Shown one piece after another: positions 54,027 through 63,092 of a DNA stretch of 64,000 bases (positions within the stretch are counted from its first letter, which is position 1; each line of letters opens with the position of its first letter). The stretch lies in assembly GCA_964512205.1 (NCBI GenBank), contig CAZEGK010000001.1:68770-132769 (forward strand), read 5' to 3'. A program made the translations under genes and the position numbers. The DNA is from an uncultured bacterium (lineage in GTDB: Bacteria > Chlamydiota > Chlamydiia > Chlamydiales > FEN-1388). Below the pieces are notes generated by a model, which made no database searches, was not told where the DNA came from, and worked only from the letters and a program-made list of their open reading frames with translations.

Positions 54027-55367
54027 ATGAGTACACTTACGTTAAAGAGAAGAAAAGTTACTACTCGTCATGACAAGATGACTGTTGGGCAGTATCTACT
54101 CAAAAGGCTCGTGGGAATGGGGCTTTCTCACATTTTTCTTACCCCAAATCCTGCACTCGAGGCCATTCAGCGTACGATCGACGAGCATCCAAAAATTTCA
54201 CTTGTCACAAACCACTCTATTGAATCTGCTGCTGAAATGGCAGATGGCTATGCAAAAGCACGGGGAATTAGCCTTGTCTCTTTTCAAGATCTTGGAGGCA
54301 GTGCACTCGATATCCTCAGGAGATCCTGCATTGAATCTGTGCCCCTTGTCATGCTCTTTGGCGAGCAGTCAAATAGAGAATTTGAAAAGCTTTATAGAGA
54401 ATTTTGCGTATCCTGGACGGAGCTTTCAGATGCCCACCTTGCACCTAAAAAAATCGATAGAGTCCTCGATTATGCACTCTTTTTTAAAAAACCTGTCTGC
54501 ATAGAACTTCCTGATGATATTGTCGATTGCTATATACCTCAGCACACCTATCACCCGATGGAATTTGGCGTATCAGATCCGGATACATTAGATGAAGCGG
54601 TACTAGAGCTTTCTGCTCTTTTAAAAAAGGCAAAGCATCCACTTATCCATCTGCAACGAGAAACTCTTGCCCACAAAGCAGAGAGTGCAATCCTTGAGTT
54701 TGCTGAAAATTGGCATATACCCGTCACAAGCAGTCACACAGCACGAAATTTTGTAATAGAGTCTCACCCGAACTTTTGCGGTAGCATATCAGAGGAGCTT
54801 GCCCATCGATCAGATCTTGTCATTATAGTAGGCAAAGAACCTATTGGCATACCGCACAAAGGATCAAATGTTTTAATTGGTGATCAAAGCGTCGCAATTA
54901 ATCAGCGGCTCTTTCCACAACTTCTTCTGAGAGAGGTATTAGAGGCGCTCCTTACAATCGATATACCAAAAAAACATAAAATTTGGCAGGCAAGAGGGCA
55001 GCCAGATTCTCTCCTTGAAGATGTTTTTATCACCACAAGGGATCCCCAGCTTTTGGAAGATATGGCTCCCTATTTTACGGGCGATGTCATCTCTTCAGAA
55101 TATGGAAGCTGCCACTATGCACTTGCAAGCGCAATCGGTGTAGCAAAGGCCTACCCGCTCAAACGTCCCATCGTTTTACTCGATGAAAGCGATCTAAAAG
55201 CATCTCTTAGCGAACTTTATATCGCACATGAAGAGTGCCTTCCGCTGCTTATCTGCTGTGCAGGCAATGCCAGCTGGATAAAAAGCCTTTTTCCCGATAT
55301 TCCGGTTTATCGCCGCCGCATCCCCGATAAACTTCCTTATGAACTTGTCATAGTTTCTCTTGAGTAA
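54027..55367 (+). CDS. thiamine-diphosphate-enzyme family homologue with degenerate cofactor motifs
   Basis: ThDP N-domain pattern VGQYLLKRLVGMGLSHIFLTP..AAEMADGYAKARG. However, the usual HE catalytic Glu context reads HS. The C-terminal GDG..NN ThDP-binding motif is replaced by LLDESD..CAGN. An alternative start lies at 54078. Confidence 0.45.
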   Translation: MSTLTLKRRKVTTRHDKMTVGQYLLKRLVGMGLSHIFLTPNPALEAIQRTIDEHPKISLVTNHSIESAAEMADGYAKARGISLVSFQDLGGSALDILRRSCIESVPLVMLFGEQSNREFEKLYREFCVSWTELSDAHLAPKKIDRVLDYALFFKKPVCIELPDDIVDCYIPQHTYHPMEFGVSDPDTLDEAVLELSALLKKAKHPLIHLQRETLAHKAESAILEFAENWHIPVTSSHTARNFVIESHPNFCGSISEELAHRSDLVIIVGKEPIGIPHKGSNVLIGDQSVAINQRLFPQLLLREVLEALLTIDIPKKHKIWQARGQPDSLLEDVFITTRDPQLLEDMAPYFTGDVISSEYGSCHYALASAIGVAKAYPLKRPIVLLDESDLKASLSELYIAHEECLPLLICCAGNASWIKSLFPDIPVYRRRIPDKLPYELVIVSLE

Positions 55368-55420
55368 AATAGTTTTTTCGTAGTAGGTTTTCATCGAAAC
55401 TTCAAAAAGGAGTCGTTTCA

Positions 55421-58108
55421 ATGAACTATTTACGAATGGCCCTACTTGCGATGCTCATAACCTGTGGGCTCTCAGCAGGTTCCAAAACCTGCCATAAGGA
55501 TGTCACCCAGCTTCAGCCGGCATATCCCTGGGAAGTTGTCGAAGACAACAAGCAAACTGTCCGATTTATCATCATGAACTACTTTACAGACCTCTTTGAT
55601 CAGGCTGTAGTGCAGGATCTTTCAAAGACTGCCGAAAAGTACATAAACAAACATTTCTTTCCAAGCTGGAGAGTCCAGGCAAAAGTAGAATTTTTTGTGC
55701 CGCCAAGCATGCAAGATCTTATTGATCAATTTGCACTGCCAGGCGCCTATTTGACCGCAATTCCGCAAGCAGGAACGTATGTCCCTGTCTTTCTCGTGGA
55801 TCAGTTTTCAGAAAATATCGACAATAACTTTGCTACCGCCCTTCATGGCTCGGTCTCGGGCATCGTTATGAATGGCTATAGCCACCTTGTCTATTTAGCT
55901 GATGACGACACACAAGACACCTATCCAAACCTTCCATTTGGAACACCTTGGATCGTAATTCCTGCAGGTTCCGTAAATTCAGGAAATGGCATCAATGCAC
56001 AAGTTGCAGCAAATCAAACATCTGGTGAAGGGCCAACTGATTTCTACCAAGTGCTTGCCCTTACACTTGCACACGAGATGATCGAAGTGATGGCAAATCC
56101 AACAGGCCTTTATTATACAATAGATGGAAATCCACTTGGATTTGGCCTTCCAGAGGGATCTCCTACAAGAAATCAGTTTTATCTGCATGAAGCTGTAGAT
56201 CCGGTCTCTCAAGGAAATGACAACATCTATATGTCTCATGGCTGGTCTATGCCAAACTTTGTACTTCCCGCCTACTTTTTCCCATTTGCGGATCAGGTAT
56301 CGCATGGAACTGCACGCTACGACCTGCTTGGCCATGTAACTGGACCATTTCAGCCCTATAAGGGAACACAGTTTGTGATCTATCAAGACCAGATAGATGG
56401 TGATTTGACAGAGCTTTCTGTCGGAGAGTATGCATCTACTATTCTTGATCCCTACACAGTGACATTTACCTCTTTTGGCTCTATCTATGACTATGAGGGA
56501 TGGGCACTGACTGCTGAAGAAGAAGAAAGAATCGTTCATAGCGATATGATGAAGCCATATGGCGTATCGGTTCTTGATACGAAAAAGTCAGTAGTAAGAC
56601 TTTCAAAATCACCTGTCGGCAAGCAAAAAGCAATTCGTGCGAAGTCAAGAGCCGCTGCAACATCATCTGTGATGGTGCATGATGACTTTGAATGCGGAGA
56701 GCTTAACCAGCCATATCTTCTGCCATTTCAGTACATAGATAAGGATGGGTTTCTCACACAGCGCTTTTTGATTGTCAATTATTTACCTATCTTTCTTGTT
56801 CCTGAGCAGGTGGATGAAGCAATTCCAGTGATGGAAAAGTTTATCCAAGATAACTTTTTACCCTACTGGAATCGTAAAGTGGATATAATTGCTAACTATA
56901 CCATCTTAACACCTGATTCTCCTCAGCCAACCTACGATGGCACCTTTGTGCCGCTCTTTGTAATACCTGATGAATTTTTTAACTTAGAGTCCTTTGGCGC
57001 TCTTGCATTTTCATCTGGTGCATTTAACAGCAATAACAACCTAAATCCAGCATCCGGTCCTCAGATTACTGATTACTGGGCACCATTTGGCGGATATACA
57101 GTACCAGACCTTCCGCTTGGCAACCCCTATCTAATCTTCCCACGCCATAACATCTCAGGCGTTGTAGATGTAACGGCAAGAGATCCTAATACCCATGCGA
57201 TCGTTGCTGGACCATTTGTTGCAGTACCGCAGGGAAGTGCAGATACAAATAATCTTCCTATTACAGGAGAGGGTGCAATCGCAGATCCGCTCGATGCATG
57301 CGATCCGCAAACTCCAGGAAGTATGACAGATAAAATTGGTCTAAACATCCGAAGTGGATGCAACAGCTTAGTCTATCCAAACAATATGGCAGATGCCGGA
57401 GCAATTGCCACTCTTACCGGATGGGTTGGAGGTCCTGAAGGCTTTGGTGCTACAGGAGCTTTAGTATTTGGTGCTACAATGTCACAAGGAGATATGGAAA
57501 TCCTTATGGCAGCAGTTCAAAACAATCCAAATGTTGAAATAACGATCGACAATTTCCGCGGCGGTCTTCCTGATATTCAAACTTTTGTGTCAGTTGAAAC
57601 ACACGAGCTTGAAGAGCTGCTCGTCGATCCAACCTATGGCGACTATATCATCTATAGCAATCCGCCAACAGATCGCGCTGTGCTTTTTGTGCAGTATGAA
57701 ACGGCAGATACTATGGAGCGTGTAAACCAGATAGGAACTGATGGAGTCCATTCCTACAAGATGAACCCATTTAACCTACCCTCTTACTTTGTTCCAAATC
57801 TTCGTACAAATAACTACGATGATCTTGGTCTTGTCTATAGACCCTTAATCCCCCTTTCTCGCGACCAGATCTGCTGGCAGCAAGAGGGCGGACCTACAAG
57901 CCAAGCGTCAATATATGGATTATTAGAGGCAACAGAATCTGATCTTGACTTCCAAGATAGTGGAAGCGTCTTTAATATTCATACCTATACACCGCCCTTT
58001 GATACCCCATCTTGGGAAAATCTAGGTCCAGAGATCCCTGTTGTGGATTCCCCTCTAGCTCCAAACTATGAGGAACTCCAAACCCTGAATCAGGTAATGC
58101 TCCTGTAA
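55421..58108 (+). CDS. secreted/lipoprotein-like protein with internally duplicated HExxE-motif domain and PA-domain insert
   Basis: SD sequence AAAGGAG and a signal peptide MALLAMLITCGLSAG. The two homologous halves share block pairs: VRFIIMNYF/QRFLIVNYL, LAHEMIEVMANPTG/ETHELEELLVDPTYG, NFVLPAYFFP/FNLPSYFVP. A PA-like block sits in half 2 (DACDPQ..KIGLNIRSGC..ADAGAIA). Confidence 0.5.
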   Translation: MNYLRMALLAMLITCGLSAGSKTCHKDVTQLQPAYPWEVVEDNKQTVRFIIMNYFTDLFDQAVVQDLSKTAEKYINKHFFPSWRVQAKVEFFVPPSMQDLIDQFALPGAYLTAIPQAGTYVPVFLVDQFSENIDNNFATALHGSVSGIVMNGYSHLVYLADDDTQDTYPNLPFGTPWIVIPAGSVNSGNGINAQVAANQTSGEGPTDFYQVLALTLAHEMIEVMANPTGLYYTIDGNPLGFGLPEGSPTRNQFYLHEAVDPVSQGNDNIYMSHGWSMPNFVLPAYFFPFADQVSHGTARYDLLGHVTGPFQPYKGTQFVIYQDQIDGDLTELSVGEYASTILDPYTVTFTSFGSIYDYEGWALTAEEEERIVHSDMMKPYGVSVLDTKKSVVRLSKSPVGKQKAIRAKSRAAATSSVMVHDDFECGELNQPYLLPFQYIDKDGFLTQRFLIVNYLPIFLVPEQVDEAIPVMEKFIQDNFLPYWNRKVDIIANYTILTPDSPQPTYDGTFVPLFVIPDEFFNLESFGALAFSSGAFNSNNNLNPASGPQITDYWAPFGGYTVPDLPLGNPYLIFPRHNISGVVDVTARDPNTHAIVAGPFVAVPQGSADTNNLPITGEGAIADPLDACDPQTPGSMTDKIGLNIRSGCNSLVYPNNMADAGAIATLTGWVGGPEGFGATGALVFGATMSQGDMEILMAAVQNNPNVEITIDNFRGGLPDIQTFVSVETHELEELLVDPTYGDYIIYSNPPTDRAVLFVQYETADTMERVNQIGTDGVHSYKMNPFNLPSYFVPNLRTNNYDDLGLVYRPLIPLSRDQICWQQEGGPTSQASIYGLLEATESDLDFQDSGSVFNIHTYTPPFDTPSWENLGPEIPVVDSPLAPNYEELQTLNQVMLL

Positions 58109-58115
58109 CCATAAC

Positions 58116-58159
58116 CAAAAAGCAGCCTTTCTCATCTCGAGAAAGGCTGCTTTTTTTTT
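58116..58159. terminator. bidirectional Rho-independent terminator
   Basis: A perfect 13-bp stem (AGCAGCCTTTCTC / GAGAAAGGCTGCT) with a 5-nt loop. It is flanked by AAAAA on the left and TTTTTTTT on the right, between convergent genes. Confidence 0.85.
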
Positions 58160-58197
58160 GAGCCTCAGTTGTTGTGAACGTACTCCTACTCTTCTTT

Positions 58198-60093
58198 CTA
58201 CTTCACAATAGAAGAGAGAATGCGGATGAGGTCGTGATAGGTTAAGAAGATCAAGAAGGAAATCAGCGCTACAGCAAATGGTATAACGATTTTTTCTATA
58301 GTCTTTGCTTTTAGCCTCTTGCCGGTGACAATCTCAAAGAGAGAAAGGCAGATGTATCCACCATCTAAAACAGGCAGTGGCAAAAGATTAAGCAATCCAA
58401 GATTTAGGCTTATTGCCCCAAGCCAAAAGAGTGCCTCTTTTACACCAAGCATCCACTGGCCATGAATTACCTGAACAATCCCTATAGGGCCGCTCAGCCA
58501 TTTTGGATTCATATAACCGCCAACAAGGGCATGAAGGGTATTTACTACCTCATCGACGATATCTGAAAACATCTCGATAGGATTTGGGTTGTAGGTCACC
58601 TGCAGATCATTGATAGCAGGAAGGCCAAGAAGAAGCTGCTTTTGGCGCTCTTCTAAAAATTTGACTGCCATCTGTCTTTTTTCAGGGTCATCAATAGCCT
58701 GTATGAGCTTTTTTTCCTCTTCTTGCTCTTTGGCATAGAGATTTTTATCTTGGGCCTGCATCAGTTCAAGACGAGTTTTTGGCTCTACGGGCTTTAAAAG
58801 AGTAAGCGGGCCCTTTTGCGTAATCTCATGGCTTGTGCCAATGGTACGTACGATCTGGTCCAGGTTTTTGCCATGGAATTCTTGGTCAAAAAATTCTTCC
58901 GAATTTTTTATCTGTCCCTTTGGCATTTTTTCTGTAATAACAAGAACTTTATGCGTCTGGACAGCTTGTAAAAATTCTACGCCAGTTCGCACAGGCGCGC
59001 CATCAACTGCTACGATCCGATCTCCAGGAAGTAGCTGATCTTGCTGCTTCTCTTTGTCAATAAAGCTAAGAGGCCCTTCGACAACACAGTTAGGAGTCAG
59101 GTTATAGGGAATAAAAAGAAGCTTTTGAAACTTTGCTGCTTTGAGACCTGCTTCATACTGCCAGTCGGAAAGCTCTTCTTTAACCTGGTTTGTGAGCTTA
59201 ATATCTTCAAGCTCAACGCGAGGAATACGGGCAAGGAAAAAGGTACCATCTCGCTCAACAGTAAGAAGGCTTTTTCCTTCATTAAGTATGGTCGTAAGCC
59301 CAGTAACAGAATATATTGGCTCACCATCTACCCAAATGATGCGATCGCCTGGTGCTATACCACTTCCGATAAGAGGTGATCCTTGGGGAAGGGTTGCATT
59401 TTGCGGGAAGATAACATAGCTTGCACCGCCGAGAACGCCTGTCGTAAGGATACCGGATTCTAAAGATTGCGGATGCTGATAGGGATGGATGACAAGTGAA
59501 AAGGGAACATAGGCTCTTTTTTCATCATTCCATCGCTTACCCTCTACAGTAATTTGGCCGCCACCAGTCATTGCAGCCTGAAAGTGCCCTTTAGAGCCTC
59601 TTACAGGCTCATTATTGTAGCGAAGGATTACATCCCCTGGACGAAGTCCTGCTTTATAGAGCTCAGAATTTTGATCGATGTAGCCTATTTTATTTGTAAC
59701 GTCAGAGAAGTTTTTCTCTCTTCCGCCAGATGCTGAGATAATACAAAAAACTAAAAAGGCAAAGACGAGGTTTACAAGTGGTCCCATTATAGCAACTTTA
59801 ATGCGATCCCATGGAGATTTGCCAAAGAAGCCATCAGGAATATCTTCCGGTTCTTTGCCATCTTCTTTTTCCATCCCTGCAATCTTTACATAGCCGCCAA
59901 ATGGCAGCCAGCAGATATTCCACTTTACCCCGTTATGCATAAGAGTAAATATGGGACGTCCAAATCCGATTCCAAAAGATTCAACGCGCATACCAACGCG
60001 CCGGGCCATCCAGTAGTGTCCAAGCTCATGAATAAAGATTAAAAAGCCAAGGCCTAGTATTGCAAAAAGTAGATAGAGTAGGCTCACGTCCAT
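58198..60093 (-). CDS. rseP: RIP site-2 zinc metalloprotease RseP (M50) with PDZ domains
   Basis: HELGHYWMA in TM1, the C-terminal LNLLPLPVLDGG, and internal PDZ-like GLRPGDVIL / GIAPGDRIIWVDG / LLPGDRIVAVDG. Confidence 0.9.
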   Translation of the reverse strand: MDVSLLYLLFAILGLGFLIFIHELGHYWMARRVGMRVESFGIGFGRPIFTLMHNGVKWNICWLPFGGYVKIAGMEKEDGKEPEDIPDGFFGKSPWDRIKVAIMGPLVNLVFAFLVFCIISASGGREKNFSDVTNKIGYIDQNSELYKAGLRPGDVILRYNNEPVRGSKGHFQAAMTGGGQITVEGKRWNDEKRAYVPFSLVIHPYQHPQSLESGILTTGVLGGASYVIFPQNATLPQGSPLIGSGIAPGDRIIWVDGEPIYSVTGLTTILNEGKSLLTVERDGTFFLARIPRVELEDIKLTNQVKEELSDWQYEAGLKAAKFQKLLFIPYNLTPNCVVEGPLSFIDKEKQQDQLLPGDRIVAVDGAPVRTGVEFLQAVQTHKVLVITEKMPKGQIKNSEEFFDQEFHGKNLDQIVRTIGTSHEITQKGPLTLLKPVEPKTRLELMQAQDKNLYAKEQEEEKKLIQAIDDPEKRQMAVKFLEERQKQLLLGLPAINDLQVTYNPNPIEMFSDIVDEVVNTLHALVGGYMNPKWLSGPIGIVQVIHGQWMLGVKEALFWLGAISLNLGLLNLLPLPVLDGGYICLSLFEIVTGKRLKAKTIEKIVIPFAVALISFLIFLTYHDLIRILSSIVK

Positions 60094-60139
60094 TCCTTAT
60101 ATGTTATTGAAAAAGTATTATGTCTTTTTTGCCACTTTT

Positions 60140-61138
60140 TTACGAGTGATTTCTGAGTGGATTTTTCACTTCGTTTCGGTGACAGAAATTTTTAAATTTG
60201 ACCAAACTAAGAGCAAACAAACCTGCAAGGATTGTAACAATAAGACCGGTTGTAGAGAGCGCATGTCCATAGACTGAAAGAATGTGTCTAGAGAGTGCAA
60301 CTCCAAGAATTGAAGAGATAAGTGCAATAAGGGCACTTAGCCATGCCATCGTGACAAGTTTATTTGTAAGACGCCTTGCAATAAGTGGCGGAGTGACTAA
60401 AAAGCCAAGAAAAAGTAAAACTCCAACCGCTCGAAATGCGCTAATCGCAGAAAGTGAGCCAAGCGCCATAATAAGGTAATTTACTTTTTCATTTGATAGT
60501 CCGCACATTTTTGCAAAGAGTGGATCAAAAGAGGTAAGAAAGAGCGGGCGCCACGAAAGCACAAGTACTGCCACTGTAAAAATTGCAATCCAAAATGAAA
60601 GCGTAAGATCATCAGGATGAAGGGCATCGACATTTCCCATAAGAAGCTCTGCCCCAATATGGGCGCTTTTTGTAAGCGCTGTTACTAAAATGATACCAAG
60701 GGCAAAGAAAAGCGTAAAAACCATACCAATGCCGGCATCTTCTTTGATAGGCAGCAAAGAGACGATAAGTCGAATGAAAAAGAGCGTAGCAAAACTCGAA
60801 AGGAAAGCGCCAGCTAATAAAAATGTATCAGATGGAAGTGCATGTGAAAAATCAAATCCAGCTAATGGGGTTTTATAGTAGTGATAGGCGAGATAGGCAA
60901 GCACCACTCCCGGTAAAATAGTGTGCGAAAGGGCATTTGCAAGCATCGTCATCTTGCGAAGGACAAAAAAAGTACCGATAAGAGCAGCCGTCGTTGATAC
61001 AAGAGCTAGCACTAAAAGCTGAAGCTCATCTGATGCAAGCTCCATTGGCTCACTACCAAAACAAAAGAGGTAGAGCCGGATAAAAAGAGTCTCAAAAAAG
61101 TGCAAAAAAGAGCTGCCCCAGTAGGGATTATGCATCAT
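60140..61138 (-). CDS. ytgD: metal ABC transporter permease (YtgD/TroD-like)
   Basis: Polytopic ABC-3 family permease. Its start overlaps the upstream permease stop (ATGA). Confidence 0.75.
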   Translation of the reverse strand: MMHNPYWGSSFLHFFETLFIRLYLFCFGSEPMELASDELQLLVLALVSTTAALIGTFFVLRKMTMLANALSHTILPGVVLAYLAYHYYKTPLAGFDFSHALPSDTFLLAGAFLSSFATLFFIRLIVSLLPIKEDAGIGMVFTLFFALGIILVTALTKSAHIGAELLMGNVDALHPDDLTLSFWIAIFTVAVLVLSWRPLFLTSFDPLFAKMCGLSNEKVNYLIMALGSLSAISAFRAVGVLLFLGFLVTPPLIARRLTNKLVTMAWLSALIALISSILGVALSRHILSVYGHALSTTGLIVTILAGLFALSLVKFKNFCHRNEVKNPLRNHS

Positions 61139-62340
61139 GAGCCTAGCACCTCTTCAAGCTTTTTTTCGATTTCGGGTGTAATAATATGTTCCATCTCTTC
61201 AGCGCTTGGATGGGCCCTTTCTTTACCTACTTCGCAGTACTCAACAAGATAGACTTCCCAGAGCCTATGGAGTCTTAAGATTTTTTTTCCCCAAAGCAAT
61301 CCTGCGGGAGTAAGCTGAACCTTGTTATCAACGCTTTTTATCCATCCTCTTTTTTCAAGGGCTCGTCGTTCTGATGATGAAAGCCTGCTTCCTGGATTTT
61401 TCCAAACCTTTTTTAAAAGATTTTCCAAGTGACAGCGTCTTTTAAATTGAAGCTTTCTAAAAAAACGAAATATAAGCCCACATCTTGGCGAAAAGAGTGT
61501 AGAGAAAAGAAAAAGAATCGAGGCTGCAACCACAACCATAGGGCCTGTGGGAAAGGACAAGGAACCACTCATCTCATGGGCAAAAAATACGCCAAAAAAT
61601 CCAGAAAAGAGACCAAAGAGAGAGGCCCCTAAAAGCACATACTCAAGCTTTGAAGTCCACAACCTGCTTGTGACAGAAGGAAATATCAACATGCTCGACA
61701 TCAAAACCACACCAAGAGAACGAATGCCGATAACAACACTTACCACAGTAACTCCCCAAATAAAGAGGTAGACACCACGCCTTGGAATACCGACTGTCTT
61801 TGCATATTCCGGGTCAAAAATGACAATCTTAATTGGCCTATAAAGGAGGAAAGAGCCGATCAGAGCTATAGATATAATGATAGTGTAGAGCACAAGATGG
61901 AGATTTCTTTGCGTAGCAGCTTGCCCAAAAAGATAGGCTTGCATTTCTCGATAAAGCGTTGGATACTCTGTCTGAACAGCTGAAAGAAGCAGTAATGCAA
62001 GGCCGAAAAAAGAGGCCAAAACGAAGGTAAGTGCACTATCGGGGTGTATATTTCTTCTCGAGATAAGTTTCTGTATACAGAATATCCCGATAAGGCTTGA
62101 TAGAGTAGCACCCGCAAGAGGAAAAAGCAAATAGTGCCAATCACTCGGATTTTCGACAAAGAATTTGGTTAATATTAACCCCACAAGAACGCCTGGATAG
62201 CTCGCATGCGATATTGCCTCGCCTACCAAAGAGCGTCGAAGCAAGACTGAGAATGTTCCAATAAATGCAGCAAGTACGCACATCAACATACAGCCGATGG
62301 TTGGTGCAGCAAGGACAGGATCAGTAAAATATTCAATCAT
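61135..62340 (-). CDS. ytgC: metal ABC transporter permease fused to C-terminal DtxR-like repressor (YtgC-YtgR type)
   Basis: An ABC-3 permease body is followed by a soluble tail, LENLLKKVW..ERRALEKRGWIKS..LTPAGLLWGKKILRLHRLWEVYLVEY..AHPSAEEMEHIITPE. The tail is typical of DtxR/MntR winged-helix plus metal-site helices. Confidence 0.75.
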   Translation of the reverse strand: MIEYFTDPVLAAPTIGCMLMCVLAAFIGTFSVLLRRSLVGEAISHASYPGVLVGLILTKFFVENPSDWHYLLFPLAGATLSSLIGIFCIQKLISRRNIHPDSALTFVLASFFGLALLLLSAVQTEYPTLYREMQAYLFGQAATQRNLHLVLYTIIISIALIGSFLLYRPIKIVIFDPEYAKTVGIPRRGVYLFIWGVTVVSVVIGIRSLGVVLMSSMLIFPSVTSRLWTSKLEYVLLGASLFGLFSGFFGVFFAHEMSGSLSFPTGPMVVVAASILFLFSTLFSPRCGLIFRFFRKLQFKRRCHLENLLKKVWKNPGSRLSSSERRALEKRGWIKSVDNKVQLTPAGLLWGKKILRLHRLWEVYLVEYCEVGKERAHPSAEEMEHIITPEIEKKLEEVLGS

Positions 62341-63092
62341 CTTGTTTCAGCATTACCTTGAAGAAGCTGTGTAGAGCGCCTAAAGGTCTCATCCACAAGA
62401 GCAAAATTCTTCCTATAGGTTTTTTCGATGAGCGGCTTTGTAAAAACATCTGACACCTTACCTAAAGCAATCAGCCGAATGTTCAGCAGCATTACCCAGG
62501 AGAAATAATCTTCCACCTTACTCAGATCATGATGCACCATCATAACAGTTTTCTTGTCGCGAACAAGCGCCCGCAAAAGATCGATAATGATCTCTTCTGT
62601 TGTGTGATCAACGCCTGCAAGCGGCTCATCGAGCAGATAGATTGAAGCATCTTGCATAAGCGCCCTTGCTAAAAAGGCTCTTTGCTGCTGGCCACCTGAG
62701 AGTTCGCTAATTTGCCGCTCCTTGTAGTCTTGCATACCTACTTTTTCTAAGCAGCTATAGGCTTTTGCCTTTTCTTCTTTAGATGTTGGGAACAAAAATT
62801 TTTGTCTTTGATAGCTTCCCATAAGTACGAGCTGTTCAACTGTTATAGGAAAGTCCCAATCGACAGCTTCTCTTTGTGGAACATAGGCAACCCTTTTGGG
62901 GTCCTTAAAAGTAGAAGTTCCAGATACTGTAGGAACTAAACCAAGAACCGCCTTTAAAAGCGTGCTTTTGCCAGCACCATTTGGCCCTAGTATAGCTACA
63001 AAAGAGCCTTCCGGGATTTGAAAATCAATATCCCATAAGACTGGAGAGTCATGATAATGAACTGTAAGTCCTGATACTTCTAGTGCACTCAT
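62337..63092 (-). CDS. ytgB: metal ABC transporter ATP-binding protein
   Basis: Walker A GPNGAGKSTLLK, signature LSGGQQQRAFLARAL, and Walker B IYLLDEPLAGVD. Confidence 0.85.
   Translation of the reverse strand: MSALEVSGLTVHYHDSPVLWDIDFQIPEGSFVAILGPNGAGKSTLLKAVLGLVPTVSGTSTFKDPKRVAYVPQREAVDWDFPITVEQLVLMGSYQRQKFLFPTSKEEKAKAYSCLEKVGMQDYKERQISELSGGQQQRAFLARALMQDASIYLLDEPLAGVDHTTEEIIIDLLRALVRDKKTVMMVHHDLSKVEDYFSWVMLLNIRLIALGKVSDVFTKPLIEKTYRKNFALVDETFRRSTQLLQGNAETR

Noticed and set aside
56072-56086. Calling the 895-aa protein a canonical zincin metalloprotease
   Set aside because: The motif is HEMIE (and HELEE in the second half), not HExxH, so a standard zincin assignment is unsupported. It is reported only as a conserved HExxE motif.
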